64,000 nt of DNA from Octopus sinensis (GCF_006345805.1 NC_043000.1:43524001-43588000); one strand, 5' to 3'; positions 41,247 through 55,258 are shown, counted from the stretch's first letter. The notes: generated by a model not told the origin, from the sequence alone. Numbers and translations are program-made.

Positions 41247-41365
41247 GTTCATGAATGGATATTCAAGAATCATATAGATTTACTGATCGCACAAGAGAAT
41301 TGTCTTCATAGAGACCGACACATTCTATGTATTGCAGTTACATCAAAGGATAAAAGCATGGATGC
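41247..41365 (+). CDS. Coding exon (phase 0-2), VHEWIFKNHIDLLIAQENCLHRDRHILCIAVTSKDKSMD
   Basis: Acceptor catttctgtcaattattcag| and donor GC|gtaaat just before an in-frame TAA; the other two frames close immediately. Confidence 0.55.
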
Positions 41366-41507
41366 GTAAATGTACGTATAAATGTAATTTTTGACCGGTT
41401 GTATATAGAAATCAAAGCACCCTTACGCATACGCACATACAATTTAATAGATATGTACACATGTACAAACATGATCTTACAAGCACACACACGAACGCAC
41501 ACACATG

Positions 41508-41556
<49 letters not shown>

Positions 41557-41624
41557 ACACGTGTATACATATATATGCGTGTGTGTGTACGTGTGAGAGT
41601 AATTATATATACATAGTTAAAACT

Positions 41625-42408
41625 TACGTAAGGAGGTTCCCAAAAGTAACCGGAAAAGTTCTCTGAGGCACAAGTGCGTTGTAGCTCAGCCACTTGATGC
41701 ATCTGAATGCGCATCGTGAACTGAAAGAACAGTTGGTTGTTGATTCAGTTCTTCTTTCATCGCTGCGTTATGGTTACGACCCAGAAACGAAGAGGAAATC
41801 ATGTCAATGAAAACATTCAATGTCAACATGCACCGAAAAAGCGCATCAAGGCTAGCCCAATAGGAAGACGATGCGGATTTGTTTCAACGATGCGAAAGAA
41901 TTTTCCACAGAGAAGTTGTTCCTCCTGGCCAAACTGTTAACCAGACATTTTACTTGGCGGTTCTAAAGTACTTGCGAGACGCAGTGAGATGAAAATACCC
42001 CGACCTATGGCAAAGTGAAGTGCGGTGGTTTCATCACGACAATGCGCCAGCGCACACCACATTGAGTGTGCGATAGTTTTTGATTAAAAATGGCAAGAAC
42101 TCGCTTACCCAACATCCCTATTCCCCCGATCTTGCTCCCTGTGGCATGTCTTTCTTTGCCTCGAATGAAAAACTTTCTCAAAGGAAAACGATTTGCACAT
42201 GTGGAGGAGGATAAAAAAAGTACGAAGGCGTTAAAAAGCATCATTTCGCAGGAGGTTCGGAACTGCTTCAAACAGTGGAAAAAACATCTGGACCGATGCA
42301 ATGTTTCGAACGGTGAATATTTTGAAGGCGATAAAAGTGTAAACATGTAAAACTAAGTGAAGAAAATAATATTGCAAAATTTCTGTTTCTTTTGGGGACC
42401 CCTCGTAC
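41625..42408 (+). mobile_element. Internally deleted mariner (DD34D) transposon
   Basis: WFHHDNAPAH..HPYSPDLAPC(G) with 34-residue spacing (third D mutated to G), stop and frameshifts; imperfect TIRs (acg..ggaggttcccaaaag / ttttggggacccctcgta). Confidence 0.9.
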
Positions 42409-42689
42409 ATGCGTAGTTACAGGATGTTCGGACCAAATTTGACGATTTTTATGCTTCCTTTTGTAAGAAAGAGCTTGATGTATTAGTCGATGAACAGTGA
42501 ATAGCGTTGACAAAAATTTAGCTGTTATAGAGGTCTGGAAACTAAACTGAGTATTGGAAAACAGTTACCTGTATCGTGGCTACTCTGTGAACATTTAAAG
42601 GATATAAGATGTGACATAGACAGTAATAACGTAGACAGCCGTAACATAGACTAAAATGCTGTGACCAGCAGGAGGGATAAAACAAGTGT

Positions 42690-43140
42690 TCTTACTGTGT
42701 TCACATGTCAGAATTCATCGAATAATGGCAGGACGAAGTAAAGTAATGGAAGATCCGAGCAAGAGACTCTGGGTTTTGCCCAGAGCGAGGTGTGTTACAG
42801 TCTCCAGTTTCAAGCTGATCCCGAATAACGAACATCGTCAAAACTCGTGCAGGAGGTGCCATGTGAAAACTTCTGAGAGCCAATCCCAATGAGAGCCACT
42901 TGAAGAATGTAAAGAAGCTACAGAAGAAGAGAGTCATAACTTGAATCGGGAATAGTGGTTCTCAGATGAAAAGAATTTCTGCCAGGACGAGTTGCATATT
43001 ACGCTGATGAGTAGGTGGTTTATCTACTATCCATGCGATGTACTGTCCCACGTTTCATGAAAACCAATATTCCCCAAACTGCGATAGGTTTTGGTTGTGT
43101 CGCTAGTGAGGTTAATGTCATTCTACCTTCCATCTTCAAA
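42690..43140 (+). mobile_element. Degenerate maT-like (DD37D) transposase fragment
   Basis: WFSDEKNFCQD and MKTNIPQTAIGFGCVASEVNVILPSIF, homologous to 45543-45780. Confidence 0.7.
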
Positions 43141-43172
43141 CTAATAATAATAATAAATAAAATAATAATAAT

Positions 43173-43228
43173 CAAACTGACTTCCTCAGCATTGTGAGCC
43201 CGACTCTCAGACCACTGAGCCATACGCA
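43173..43228 (-). mobile_element. Truncated tRNA-derived SINE head
   Basis: Reverse complement gcgtatggctcagtggtctgagagtcgggctcac carries an A-box-like motif; abuts (AAT)n. Confidence 0.4.
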
Positions 43229-43264
43229 TTCTCTACAAACCTTTCCACTAAATGCACAAAGTCT

Positions 43265-43457
43265 TAAATTTGTGGAGAGGCTACTAGTTTATTATGTCGA
43301 CCTTAGTGTTTCACTTCACTGGTACTTAAATGAATGTTTCCGAAAGGAGGAGATGAAAGTCGAGCTCGGCGGAATTTGAATTCAGAACGTAGCGACGGGT
43401 GAAATACCGCTAAGCATTTCGTCCAGAGTGCTAAAGATTCTCCCAGCTCGCCGCTTT
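43265..43457 (-). mobile_element. SINE copy (family of 9215-9451)
   Basis: Contains cggcggaatttgaattcagaacgtagcgacgggtgaaataccgctaagc and ccagctcgccgc. Confidence 0.8.
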
Positions 43458-44026
43458 GTGCCTCTTCATTATAATGATATCACATAATGTAAACTGCGAA
43501 TCAATTAATATTATTAAATTTTAAATTATATAAAATTAAAATCATCAGTATATGGTGATTATAAGTGTACATAAAAGTAGATCCTAATGATCCAGTTTCA
43601 ATATTGGTAATATTAGGAAACCCGAGGGTAACAAAATGTAACCAATGAATGTTATTATTACTAGAGTACACTTAATGTTTAGTGTCTTCCCATGGGTCAT
43701 TATGTCGTCTTCCCACAACAGTTCAGGCTTCAGTTCGTAACCTCATACTACTTTCTTTACCTAGATTTATTTAATAGATGTCTGCCACATCGAACTAAAT
43801 TACAATTCATCCGCTTGTAGTCATATATCCTTTCCTCCCCTATCATGAAGTGAATTTACTGAATAAATAAGCCAATCAATCAATAAAGCAAGTATATTAA
43901 AATTATGTAGAATAATTAAGGAAGGAGAAAAACAATTCCATTTACATACATACATACACATATATATTTAAATATTTACACAGATATACGTTCAAATATA
44001 TATATATATATATATAAATACATACG

Positions 44027-44068
<42 letters not shown>

Positions 44069-44304
44069 TATATACAAATATATACAGATATACATATATA
44101 TGCATATATATGTGTATATACACACACATATATATCCTTAGTTGATCATACATATATCCGAAAAAGAAGTACACAGAGAAGAAATGTAATTACATATAGT
44201 AAAATATATGTCCGATCATAGAGTGACCATTGATTTCGTATTCATAAAGCGCTTAGCTTCATAGACGACTCGTCAGACACTAATGGTGAGGCACCGTTAG
44301 AATA

Positions 44305-44336
<32 letters not shown>

Positions 44337-44339
44337 ATA

Positions 44340-44394
<55 letters not shown>

Positions 44395-44530
44395 CATATA
44401 TTTATACATATATTTATATAAATATATATACACGTATATATACATATATATGTATACATATACATTTATATATAAATGTACATGTATTATATATATATAT
44501 ACATATAAATACACACATACACACACACAC

Positions 44531-44634
<104 letters not shown>

Positions 44635-44644
44635 ACATACATAT

Positions 44645-44940
44645 GGAGGCGCAATGGCCAGTGGTTAGGGCAGTGGACTCGCGGTTTTGATTCCCAGACC
44701 GGGCGTTGTGAGTGTTAATTGAGCGAAAACAACTAAAGCTCCACGAGGCTCCGGCAGGGGGTGGTGGTGAACCCTGCTATACTCTTTCACCACAACTTTC
44801 TCTCACTCTTTCCTCTGTTGGCCTGCTCGCTTAGCCAGCGGGGTGGCGTCATTTGAAGGCTAAAACAATGCGAAGCGCATTGTGACCAGTGATGTGTAGC
44901 AACATCTGATAACCTGGTCGGTCACAGTGATCACGGTTAT
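44645..44940 (+). mobile_element. Full-length tRNA-derived SINE, second family
   Basis: A box tggccagtggttagg, B-box-like ggttttgattccc, internal tgtgacc..ggtcaca hairpin, (TACA)n tail. Confidence 0.8.
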
Positions 44941-45001
44941 ATACATACATACATGCATGTATATACATGCATATATATATGTGTGTGTGTGTGTGTGTAT
45001 A

Positions 45002-46345
45002 CAGTTTGCGATGGGTAACGTGTGCTCATTTATAGTTTTATGTTCATACCTTGTATGTTTTTGATTTTATCGACCACACTGTATAGTAGGGACAGCTGGG
45101 CACTGTCTGTGAGAAAATCAGCACCATGACGCAATTCATTCCACCATAGATTTGGAAACGACTTGCCCTACTGCTTGGCATTTGCGCCGGAATTGCCAAT
45201 GCGAACGGTTCAGAGTTTTTGGTTGTCAACCTGAGGACAGTGCAGATGAATTGGAAAGCGTTGAATGAGTCTAATAGCGATTACGAAAGTTCGGGTGCTC
45301 GGAAATCTCAGTCTGATCATTCTGGTAAGAAAAGAACTCCTGAATTTGTTGATGAGATCCAAACCATGATTGACAACGTTCCCTCCAAGTCAATCAGGCT
45401 CACCTCCTGGGACATGGGAGTGTCTGCGTTTTGTATCAGGCAGGTAGTAAATGAAGATATTCGGTATTCCTCATACATGAGAACTGGTCAATTTTTATTC
45501 TAAGTCATCAAAGACAAGAGAAAAGACCACGTTACGAAATTTTTGAATAAACTCATGCATCCCCTCCAACCAAACATGCTTTGGTTTTTCTCAGACGAGA
45601 AAAATTTCTGCCGGGATCAGATAGTGAACATTCAACAACTGTTGGTTTGCCGCGACCCCAAAACATGTACCGAGAATGATAAAAATAGAACATCTAGTCA
45701 ATATCATGGTGTTTGGAGTAATCACTAGTGATGGCAACGTTATTCATCTTTCCACAGAGCCTCACACTCAACACGGAGGCCTATATCAAGTGCCCAGAGG
45801 AGATGGTGCTGCCCTAGGTCAATAGGGTGGCTGGTGGGAGACCCTATATTAGGCAACAGGACACTGCACCATGCCACATGAGCAGGAGAGTCCAGTCATG
45901 GCTGTCAGACAATTTCTGCGACCTTATCACCCTTTACATCTGGTCATCTAAATCACTAGGCTCCACCCACCTTCATTATTACATGTGGGGCGCCGTTGAG
46001 CGTGAGACCAACAAAAATCCTTGCAACAGCAAAGATGAACTGAAGGCAAGGATTATGACAACATTCACCAACTTAAACAAGGTGACCTTCCAGAAGAGTT
46101 GCAGGATATTGCGAAGTCGCCTGGAGGTCTTGGTTGAACTCAGTGGTGATTTTATTGTATAAATTTACTCTTTAGTAAGTGGTGTTATTAATTTAGAAGT
46201 GGCCTGGGCCTATACTTGCCGAAACCTATCAAAGTAATCAAAGTAGTATTTGAAGATATTTCTATGTAATTTTGGTAAATATATCTGTTGAAATGAGATG
46301 TTAATTTCATTTTTGCGTAACTTAAACAATTTATACATAGAATGG
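45002..46345 (+). mobile_element. Near full-length decayed maT-like (DD37D) Tc1/mariner element
   Basis: WFFSDEKNF; QDTAPCH..W..KS....L(H)YYMWG with 37-residue spacing (third D mutated to H); stops and frameshifts; 3' end homologous to 56549-56755. Confidence 0.85.
46177..46247 (+). mobile_element. LINE 3' tail nested in the maT-like element
   Basis: gtggtgttattaatttagaagtggcctgggcc..gccgaaacctatcaaagtaatcaaagt matches the 3' end at 50445-50508. Confidence 0.7.
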
Positions 46346-47579
46346 AAAGAGAAAGAGTGGAAGCCGAATTAATCGTCTTGTAGTCGACGACCATGAAATA
46401 CGTCAATGTTTAGCCTACGTTGTGTATCGATGTGCCGGGTTTTATATTGCTTAATGTTTTTTTTGTGTCACCGAATTGCTACATTATAAACAATGTATGT
46501 AGGATCATGTGCAATAAATGATATGTAAACAAATGTGGTGATACGAATCACTTACTTGGATATATGCCAGATATGAATAAATTCGTTATAACAGCAATTC
46601 ACACAAGGAGATTAATATATCTTGGCATAAATGCAGAAATGGTATGACTCACTGGTATGCAACAGTATAAAAGACTAACACTTACGTACAATCCTCACAA
46701 AGAAAACCAGCTGCATCATAATTATATTTAATTTAATACTGGTGTATCCAAAAATATTCTCCTGCTTGCTACTTGCAAACGTTTGATATTATTTTACCTG
46801 TTTGCCATACTTCTTTTCAATTCAAATTTCAATAATGCTACTAAGATAATATTAATAAATATGAATAACGGAAGCTAATCAACCAAAATAATGTATATTT
46901 AAATAGAAGTGTGCTTTCAAAATTGATAACCACCAGCAGATAGCGGTTAATAATTAATTGTTAATTACCATTGCAATAAATCTAAAACCATCGTGGTTTT
47001 AAATAAATAGAAATAACGATTTGGTAAAGTATAAAACTGAAGTGAATTATTAGGTGTCAATTATTTGGTTGTCATGAGGATAGAAAATGAAAACCGTACA
47101 ATTCTTTCGTGGAGACTTTATGTGATTTCCAAATTTATTACAATGTATGAAATAGTCAAAGGGTGTTTTCTATAGCAATGGACGACCGGGAAGCCACAAA
47201 CATTCAAACAGATATTACTTAATGAAATATTTGTGGTTCAAGACAATGATTATAGCACTATAACCATATATTTCGCGCAAAATACAAACCTGGAAATTTC
47301 TTCACGTCATTTCTGGATTTATTATGCAGAGAATATTAAATTTTAAACTAAATCCGGTTATTCACTCCCGCGTTCCATTGTAATTATATATAAAATTATG
47401 CTTCCCTGGTGAGGTCTAATAATATTGAATTTCACAATGATCAAACATCACTCACATTACTATGCCCCCGAGTATACTTTCCACACTTATTTTGCAGTTT
47501 TTACACCTTAACAAATTTCTTGTTAATAATTACCGCCTTCGTTATCTTTTCCATTACTAATGTAATTGTAATTGATTAG

Positions 47580-47679
47580 GTATTCTATTACCTAACTTGG
47601 TGAAGTATATGAGCACGAAAGAACTAAAAAGAACTTCAGTAATCCTAGTTGACAATAGAAAGATAATTCATGTGTTTAA
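47580..47679 (+). CDS. Weak candidate exon (phase 1-2), ILLPNLVKYMSTKELKRTSVILVDNRKIIHVF
   Basis: Open 32-codon frame; weak acceptor (aattgattag|), donor AA|gtatag; fits only the alternative path 40539 to 47580 to 49194. Confidence 0.25.
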
Positions 47680-47811
47680 GTATAGTATAACAAAATAATC
47701 AGATAGATAATAGCTTGAAATTCAGGAAATGTATTAAAAGTAAAACATTAGGGACAACAAGGTGTAAAACTGATAATATTGATGATGAGCTATTAAACGA
47801 AACATATAAAA

Positions 47812-47855
<44 letters not shown>

Positions 47856-48250
47856 TACTCAATGATGGTTGAATGGAATGTTACTGAGTTGAAGAAAGCA
47901 GGGATGTAACTTACAGATAATAATCAACTCTGAATTAATTATTAATTATTAATTATCAATACAATTAAACATATTATGTTGCCTTATAATGTTGCCTCGA
48001 ATGTAATCCGATTTCTTTTGAACTCGGAAAATAGAGATGAGAATTTAGTTCCATCTAATTATAACAATCGAATGAAGATGTTTATCTTGACAATCTCAGA
48101 TTTACCACGAAAGGGAGCTGTTCAATAATTTTTAAGAGGTTATGACAACCTCGGTAGGCAAATTTGTCATGTATGTTGACCTATTTCTAATTCAAAACAT
48201 TAAAACGGTGAACATCAGAGATCATCTGACTGATACATTGTTAATATATA

Positions 48251-48316
<66 letters not shown>

Positions 48317-48478
48317 TATAATACATATATATATACATACATATATATATATATACATACATACATATATGTATATATTATATATATATATATATATACT
48401 TATATATATATATGTATAAAGAGAAAGTGATTGATATAGCCATTATCTGTCTCTGTATGTGTGTGTGCCTAACGTATG

Positions 48479-48510
<32 letters not shown>

Positions 48511-48518
48511 ATATATAC

Positions 48519-48550
<32 letters not shown>

Positions 48551-49193
48551 ATATATATATATATATATGCATTTATCTTTCAGTCTCTTTCAGCCGTTTT
48601 ATTCAGATAAAATTTCAGCACAGAAGTGTAAAGACACTCTTAAATATTAATTTTAAAATATTACGATATTAATAAAAGTTTTAAGGCTTACCCAGTCAAA
48701 GAAATATTAGATATATCTTCCGCTCTTTATGATGTGCCATCTACAAACACATACATATGCATTTGAGCAATTTTAAAAGAAACCATACATCAAACGTTGC
48801 TTTCTGACTGTAATTTTTAATTTCGAACTGTCTACCATCCATATCTCTGTCAATTGCTGTTTGGCTGTGGTAATGACGTTATCAGTTATCATTTGCTCGT
48901 CTTGCAGTTTTATAGTGTGAATTTGAGTATTGAATTTATATGAATTTGTATTCATATGAATTTATATCGTCATTCGGTAAAATTATTTTATAACGTACAC
49001 TATTTTGTAAGAAGCCTCTTTCCAAACCCATAGATAAATACAGCAATTTTCTTTGTGCAAATGGGACAAAATGCATTTTATGATATATTTCATTAATTAC
49101 TAATGAAACACATTACACCTTACAGCGAACCGTTGTTTCCAACCATGGGATTCATTAATCACTAAGAAATTGACATGGCGGTTAGTTTACCAG

Positions 49194-49224
49194 ATTTGAA
49201 TTTGCAACAAGCATAAACAATGAG
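49194..49224 (+). CDS. Candidate 31-nt exon (phase 2-0), FEFATSINNE
   Basis: Acceptor ttagtttaccag| and strong donor GAG|gtaaga; only the phase-2 frame is open, matching the upstream phase-2 donor. Confidence 0.5.
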
Positions 49225-49524
49225 GTAAGACAATGATTGAAACATAATACTTAAAATGATGAGAAAATGCTATGCAAGATACAAATATAATTTATGAGAT
49301 GCGGAATTTCAATAAATTCTTGTTGATATTGCTGCTGTTGTCTTTGTGGTTCTTGTTGCTCTTCCTCTTTTTTTTCTTCTTCTTCTTCTTCTTCTTCTTC
49401 TTCTTCGTCTTCTTCTTCTTTTTTCCTCCTTTTCTCCTCCTGCTTCTCTTTCTTGTTGTTGTTGTTGTTGTTTTTCTTCTTCTTCTTTTTCTTTTTTTAA
49501 CTATTACACACACACACACACACA

Positions 49525-49556
<32 letters not shown>

Positions 49557-49589
49557 TATATGTATATAACTTATAAATAAGGGCAAACG

Positions 49590-49860
49590 AAAAAATTTCT
49601 AATGCCATATATGCCGAAATTGGACATATTGTCCATAACCATATAATTTTTTCACAATACGCACGCCACTCGAAAAAAGGTAGACAGAAATGTCTAAAAA
49701 ATTCCATTATTACCATATCAGACCGATTTCAGGGTTAATTCGTAAGAACCCTCCCGTCGTCAGTGATAAATGTGGCAAAGAAATAAATGAGATACTTACT
49801 CCTACCCACGGAAGAAGCAAAACACTAAGTCATGAGCACAAATATGTACCCCAAATACAT
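49590..49860 (-). mobile_element. Probable PLE pLTR relic containing a hammerhead-like motif at 49716-49768
   Basis: Minus strand reads UAUCA CUGACGA CGGG AGGGUU..AACCCU GAAAU CG GUC UGAUA; lies between microsatellites. Confidence 0.5.
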
Positions 49861-49890
49861 CCAAAATCGAAATACTCGTGTATATATGCG

Positions 49891-49934
<44 letters not shown>

Positions 49935-49950
49935 TGTGTATACAGAGAAG

Positions 49951-49995
<45 letters not shown>

Positions 49996-50000
49996 TATAT

Positions 50001-50044
<44 letters not shown>

Positions 50045-50193
50045 TAGATAGATAGATAGATAGTAGATGTATCGATATTGCATACCGACATATACGAGCA
50101 CACACGTATGTGTATATGTTGTTTGTGTGTGTATATATATATAAACGCACACATACACCTATATATATATATTATATATATATATATATATAT

Positions 50194-50506
50194 AAAATCG
50201 CACTCTCATCTCATAACAACAATACGGCACAATTATTTCACCTCAATTGGCCCCGCTCTCTTTAACATTACACCAAAACACATTAAAACAGAAACTGACC
50301 CTATAGGGTTCAAGAAGTCTTTGGACAGATTCCTTCAAGAAATCCCGGATAAACCCCCTACACCCGGATATGTCTCTGTAAACAATAACTCTCTACTTGA
50401 GTGGGCCATAGTGCCCAAATTCTGACTTGAAAGACTTCACCAGGTGGTGCTATTAAGTTAGAAAAGGCCTGGGCCAATAATGGCCGAAACCTATCAAAGT
50501 ATCAAA

Positions 50507-50508
<2 letters not shown>
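50194..50508 (+). mobile_element. CR1/L2-group LINE 3' fragment
   Basis: RHNYFTSIGPALFNITPKHIKTETDPIGFKKSLDRFLQEIPDKPPTPGY matches LINE RT C-termini (GPxLFNxLP..FKxxLDxFL..PDxP); (ATCAAAGT)n tail; flanked by (TA)n. Confidence 0.75.
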
Positions 50509-50566
<58 letters not shown>

Positions 50567-50935
50567 GGAGGGAGAGAAAGAAAGAAAGATAGAAATGAAT
50601 ACCTATGTCGCTAGATAGATTGATATGTATAATTTTGACCTTATCTTTGTTCATCAGTAATATTAGTTCTACAGAATTTTAAAAATTATCGCAGCTGAAC
50701 ATCTGAGAAACCAAAGCAGGACTGAAAGGAATGCGGTCAAATTTATTTTGAGAATTTATTTTTATTTGAATTTCCTGGCTCAACTGCTGTCATGATGAAT
50801 GAAAAGTTTGATCGCTTTTCCTTTTCAGTACAGTAAAAATAGAAACTTGTGGAATTATTGATATCCGAAGGTACAATATATATTTATTATATATAGATAT
50901 ATAGATATATGTACACACACACACACGCACACACA

Positions 50936-50997
<62 letters not shown>

Positions 50998-51033
50998 CAA
51001 GAACATATATATGTATATATATGCTTATACATA

Positions 51034-51072
<39 letters not shown>

Positions 51073-51681
51073 ACATACATACATACATACATAGAAGCAC
51101 GCGTACACACATGCACACTCATACACGCACACTTATATATATAATTCATCTAATCGCAGACTCACCCGCGTCGCTTGCTAGGATGAAATATACAAACCAC
51201 AGCTGTAATAATATCAAGAAGCCATACAGCACAAACTCATTCACAGTAAAGGAAACCGAAGAAAATTTAATGGCTACATACAATCAATTCCAGACATTAA
51301 ATGTTGCTGTAAATGTTTTTGTCATATGACATTAATGCATCGTAATGGTGAGGAACATACCCGAATTTTATAAGCCTAACCCGGTGATTAGTCTCTATCC
51401 ATTAAATGATGCTCTAAATAAATAATTCTTCTCCACGCAGAAGCAAGAAACGGCTGGCATAACCCCTATCCTTTGCATTTCACTTGATGTTTGAAAAATA
51501 AAGAAAAACAAAACATCTTTAAGTGTGGTTAAGCTTTTAAAAGTTTACCATCTAAAATGCCTCAGTGCATTTTCAACAATTTTACACCCCCATACACACA
51601 TACCTCACCCGCGCACACACATATAAATATGATTATAACAGACGACTAGTTTATCTGGTTTTGCTACAATTGTTTCATTAG

Positions 51682-51764
51682 GTATCTTCATTGGGACATA
51701 GTCAAAATAAAATTGGTTTGTTTGCGCAACATATCCACCGAATCATCGAACACCCCAAAAGCAA
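51682..51764 (+). CDS. Weak candidate exon (VSSLGHSQNKIGLFAQHIHRIIEHPKS in phase 0; a phase-2 frame is also open)
   Basis: Good acceptor attgtttcattag|, weak donor AA|gtgacc. Confidence 0.25.
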
Positions 51765-51938
51765 GTGACCTTTGACATATTCATTAATCAAAAGTCAACA
51801 GCAAATGAATATTCCTACTTAGAACTACCAACGTTTAAGTGATTTAAGCTATGAGTGTCACCAACCTGCCAATTTAGATTGATGGTTAACGGACTAAGCT
51901 CCCATCTATAAGGATGGTTAGAGACGTTGCAATCCTAG

Positions 51939-52006
51939 AGACGTTATGACGCCTATCGACATCGTGAACAAAGTCAGTAGAGAAAGAACTGGTTTGAATG
52001 CAGCAG
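51939..52006 (+). CDS. Candidate exon DVMTPIDIVNKVSRERTGLNAA (alternative acceptor at 51922 gives phase 0-1)
   Basis: Donor CAG|gtatca with phase-1 end matching exon 57591; two tandem tagagacgtt acceptors at 51922 and 51939. Confidence 0.35.
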
Positions 52007-53810
52007 GTATCATATATCAAGCATGATATTTGACCCTGTCAAAACACATCCATACCTAGCTGCTGGTGTTGCTCCAAACAGCAGTTATTATATTAAAGCT
52101 GTTCTAACAGAAAATAACGGAATATTATACTATTATAATTTAATAGATTTAAGGTTAATTATAATACTGGGAGATTACTAAATTAGGGTAAAATAGCAGA
52201 TTAGTTAAGTGCTGTGCCAAATTCTAGATGAAAGGCGGGAAAATGTATAAAGAGTAAAAAAGAAATGACCCAGAACAAACAAAATAATATACACCAAGGA
52301 GAAGAAGGAGAGAGAGAGAGAGAGACAGAGAGACAGAGAAAGGGAGAGAACGAAATATAGAAAGACATATAGAGAGTGGGGCAGAGAATAAATTAAATCA
52401 AGTAGAGAGAAAATTAGATCAAAATTTAAATGGAAAGTTGTAACACTGACAGGTAGACAGTATTGACATAAGAAATTAAACAGATGCCACACCGCCGACA
52501 TTAATTTTCCCAAAGTTAGTTTTAGTGTTAGTATAATCATTTATTATTACTAGAGGTTCTTCCAAATAGACCTGTTCACCATTCTTATTACAATTAACAC
52601 CATAACATAATCTGAATCAATGAAATAAAGTACAGGGGAAGGTGCCTACCTCTATCTCTCGACGGTATTGCCTAACCTATCGTTCAACATTTCTGGCTTT
52701 TAACGGAAAAAAAAAACATCAATTACTTTTATTAATATTTGTCCCTGTATTCATATTTAATCTGTAATATACGGGCATTTTTGTGTCTGCTATTATCATA
52801 TTGATAGAGTGAATATTGGCATTGAGACTATGTGACTACAACAATATTAAAAAGCCCATGTGAAATAACATTTAAAATCTATGCTCCGTTCCCAAATAAA
52901 GTGATTATAACATAAATCTTAGTATCATAAAAATATGAGGCACAAGCAGATTTGAATTCAATAATTATTAATTAAATATTTGGCAATTCTACACATTGCA
53001 TGTGTTTCTTAATGAGCTCTATCTAATCTAGCAAGTAATATTTCGGCTCCTAATTCCTGTGATTCAATTAAATAATTCATATGCTTAAACAATAAATCTG
53101 CTTTGGAAAGTAGAGGAACAAATTTGTATCTGAATTAGTGTATGTTTTATATATATATACTTATGATATATTGTTCTCTAGCAAAAAGATTGTGTCTTAA
53201 TAAATGTTGAAAATTAGGGAGGGAGAGAGAGACACACAGACAAAGTGAAAATAAAGGAAGGAATGAAAGGGGGAATAGGAGAAAAGTTCTCTCCCTCTCT
53301 CTTGCCCTCTTTCACCACTACCTGCTGCTGACACGTGATCCGTGGCCAGCTTTCCTTTACTTCTTTCACTTTTTACACGGTTGCGTTGATGGCTCGTCTT
53401 AAAATTTCTTTGCGTCCTATATTTTCTGTTTTCTATATCCTTTTGGATTTCTTCTGAGCGTTAATATTTTGTTGTTTCCTATGTATTTCGTCTTTACCCA
53501 TCGTCTTGAATTATATTCTTTTACTTTCGTATATCCACTGTGTTGTTTTGTTTGATCTATGCCCTATCTTCACCGCGGCATTTGCGGTCACCGACAACAT
53601 GGGAAGTTATCAGCGTCATAATTAATGGTTCGAAACTGTATGAGCATTTGGTTATTAACTAATGAAGAATTAGGGACCTTCTTTATCTGTCACTTGTTCG
53701 GTTGTGCACTCAGGATACGTTTTTTTTATCTGTCATTGTTTAGTTACAATCCATGTTTTCATATAGTAAATAACGGTACGCAACGCACCCTGACTTTTAT
53801 TAGCTGTAAG

Positions 53811-53888
<78 letters not shown>

Positions 53889-54099
53889 ATGTATATATAT
53901 ATATATATGCATGGTAAATATTTGTATTTTTCATTCCTTTCGAAATTTCTCTTATCTGTGGTTGGGACTTCTTGACTGTTCTTTGTTGCATGTTAGGCAA
54001 CTTGTTAAGACTCGGCTCTTTGTGTTTAAATGCACACTAACATGCATACATATATATAAATATATATGTATATATATATATATTATATATATATATATA

Positions 54100-55258
54100 C
54101 TAGCAGCATAGCCCAGCGTTGCCCGGGTATGTAAGAGCCCCTAGTAGGCAATGACTAATCCCAATCTAGTCCTTTGCCTCTAGGGAACGAAGGCGCATGT
54201 GTAGGTTGCAATGTCTTCTCTTCACTCCCAAATAACTATCAAACAGCTATCGATAATTCAGCCCAACCAATACCTACCAGAAAGAAATTACATTCGAGAC
54301 TTTACTCCCAACACCGCCACTTCTGCTAATAGCTGCTGCAGCCGCAAGTTATTCGAATACTGTTTTGTTTAAACGTTCTTAATAACTACCACCCCAAACG
54401 TTTTACCTTAAATTTTTGACGTACCTTAAGAGTCCTCGGACGCTACTTGCAAACTCTTGGTTTATTATAAACCGCTTTTGTCGTGTGCACCAAAAAACCT
54501 TTTCCATTCGTTTGTTCAGTTTGGTCACTTTTGACTTTTTCGTTGTTGTCACTTACATTGCTGTCCGCTTTTTTGCCGTTTTTGTACATTTTTATACATT
54601 TTGGGATACTTACCCCACGTGTTCCGAGAGTTAAAAAGGTCGAGTTGCGTCCCCTAGACAGTCTGTGGTTTGTGTTTAATACACAAATCGGTTTGCTATG
54701 TGTGCCACATGTGATTTAATTAACCGATTTTTTCCAGTAATAAAGTATCCTATTGGAATAAAAAGGGCCATATAGCTCCCTGGAGCAGTCATGATGCTCG
54801 CTGTGAATTTAAAAAAAATCCTGCCAATTTGTGAAAGATATTGTCGAAAATATGTCATCTTAAATTTGAACGCGATTTCCCAAAATGGCATGATTTTATC
54901 GGTTTTTCTCTGATGGTAAGGTATTGCATGGAAAACTAACGCCAGAATTAAGTTTCTTAGGGTAACATTAAGCTTCACCATGAGTTTGGTGAAACTCGAT
55001 TGTAAGTTGCGAAAACTACAACAGAAAATGTGTTGCATATAAAAAGCTTAGATTCTCGACCCCATGTCGAATTTATCGATTTTTTCAGAACTGGGGGAAC
55101 TTTTCAAAATTTTCGCTGCGTTAGTTTTGAATTATGGCATTGGGCTATGTGTGTGTCAAGTTTCATCAGAATCGGTTGAAAGCCGTGGTCAGGGTGAGGG
55201 TACAAACTGACAGACACACAGACACACAGACAGACAAACTGCCGTTTATATATATATA
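54100..55258 (-). mobile_element. Non-autonomous Helitron, about 1.15 kb
   Basis: Minus-strand 3' end cccgggcaacgctggg..CTAG|T; 5' end tatatatataaacggcagtttgtctgtc with (GACA)n. The terminal TC is eroded. Confidence 0.8.
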
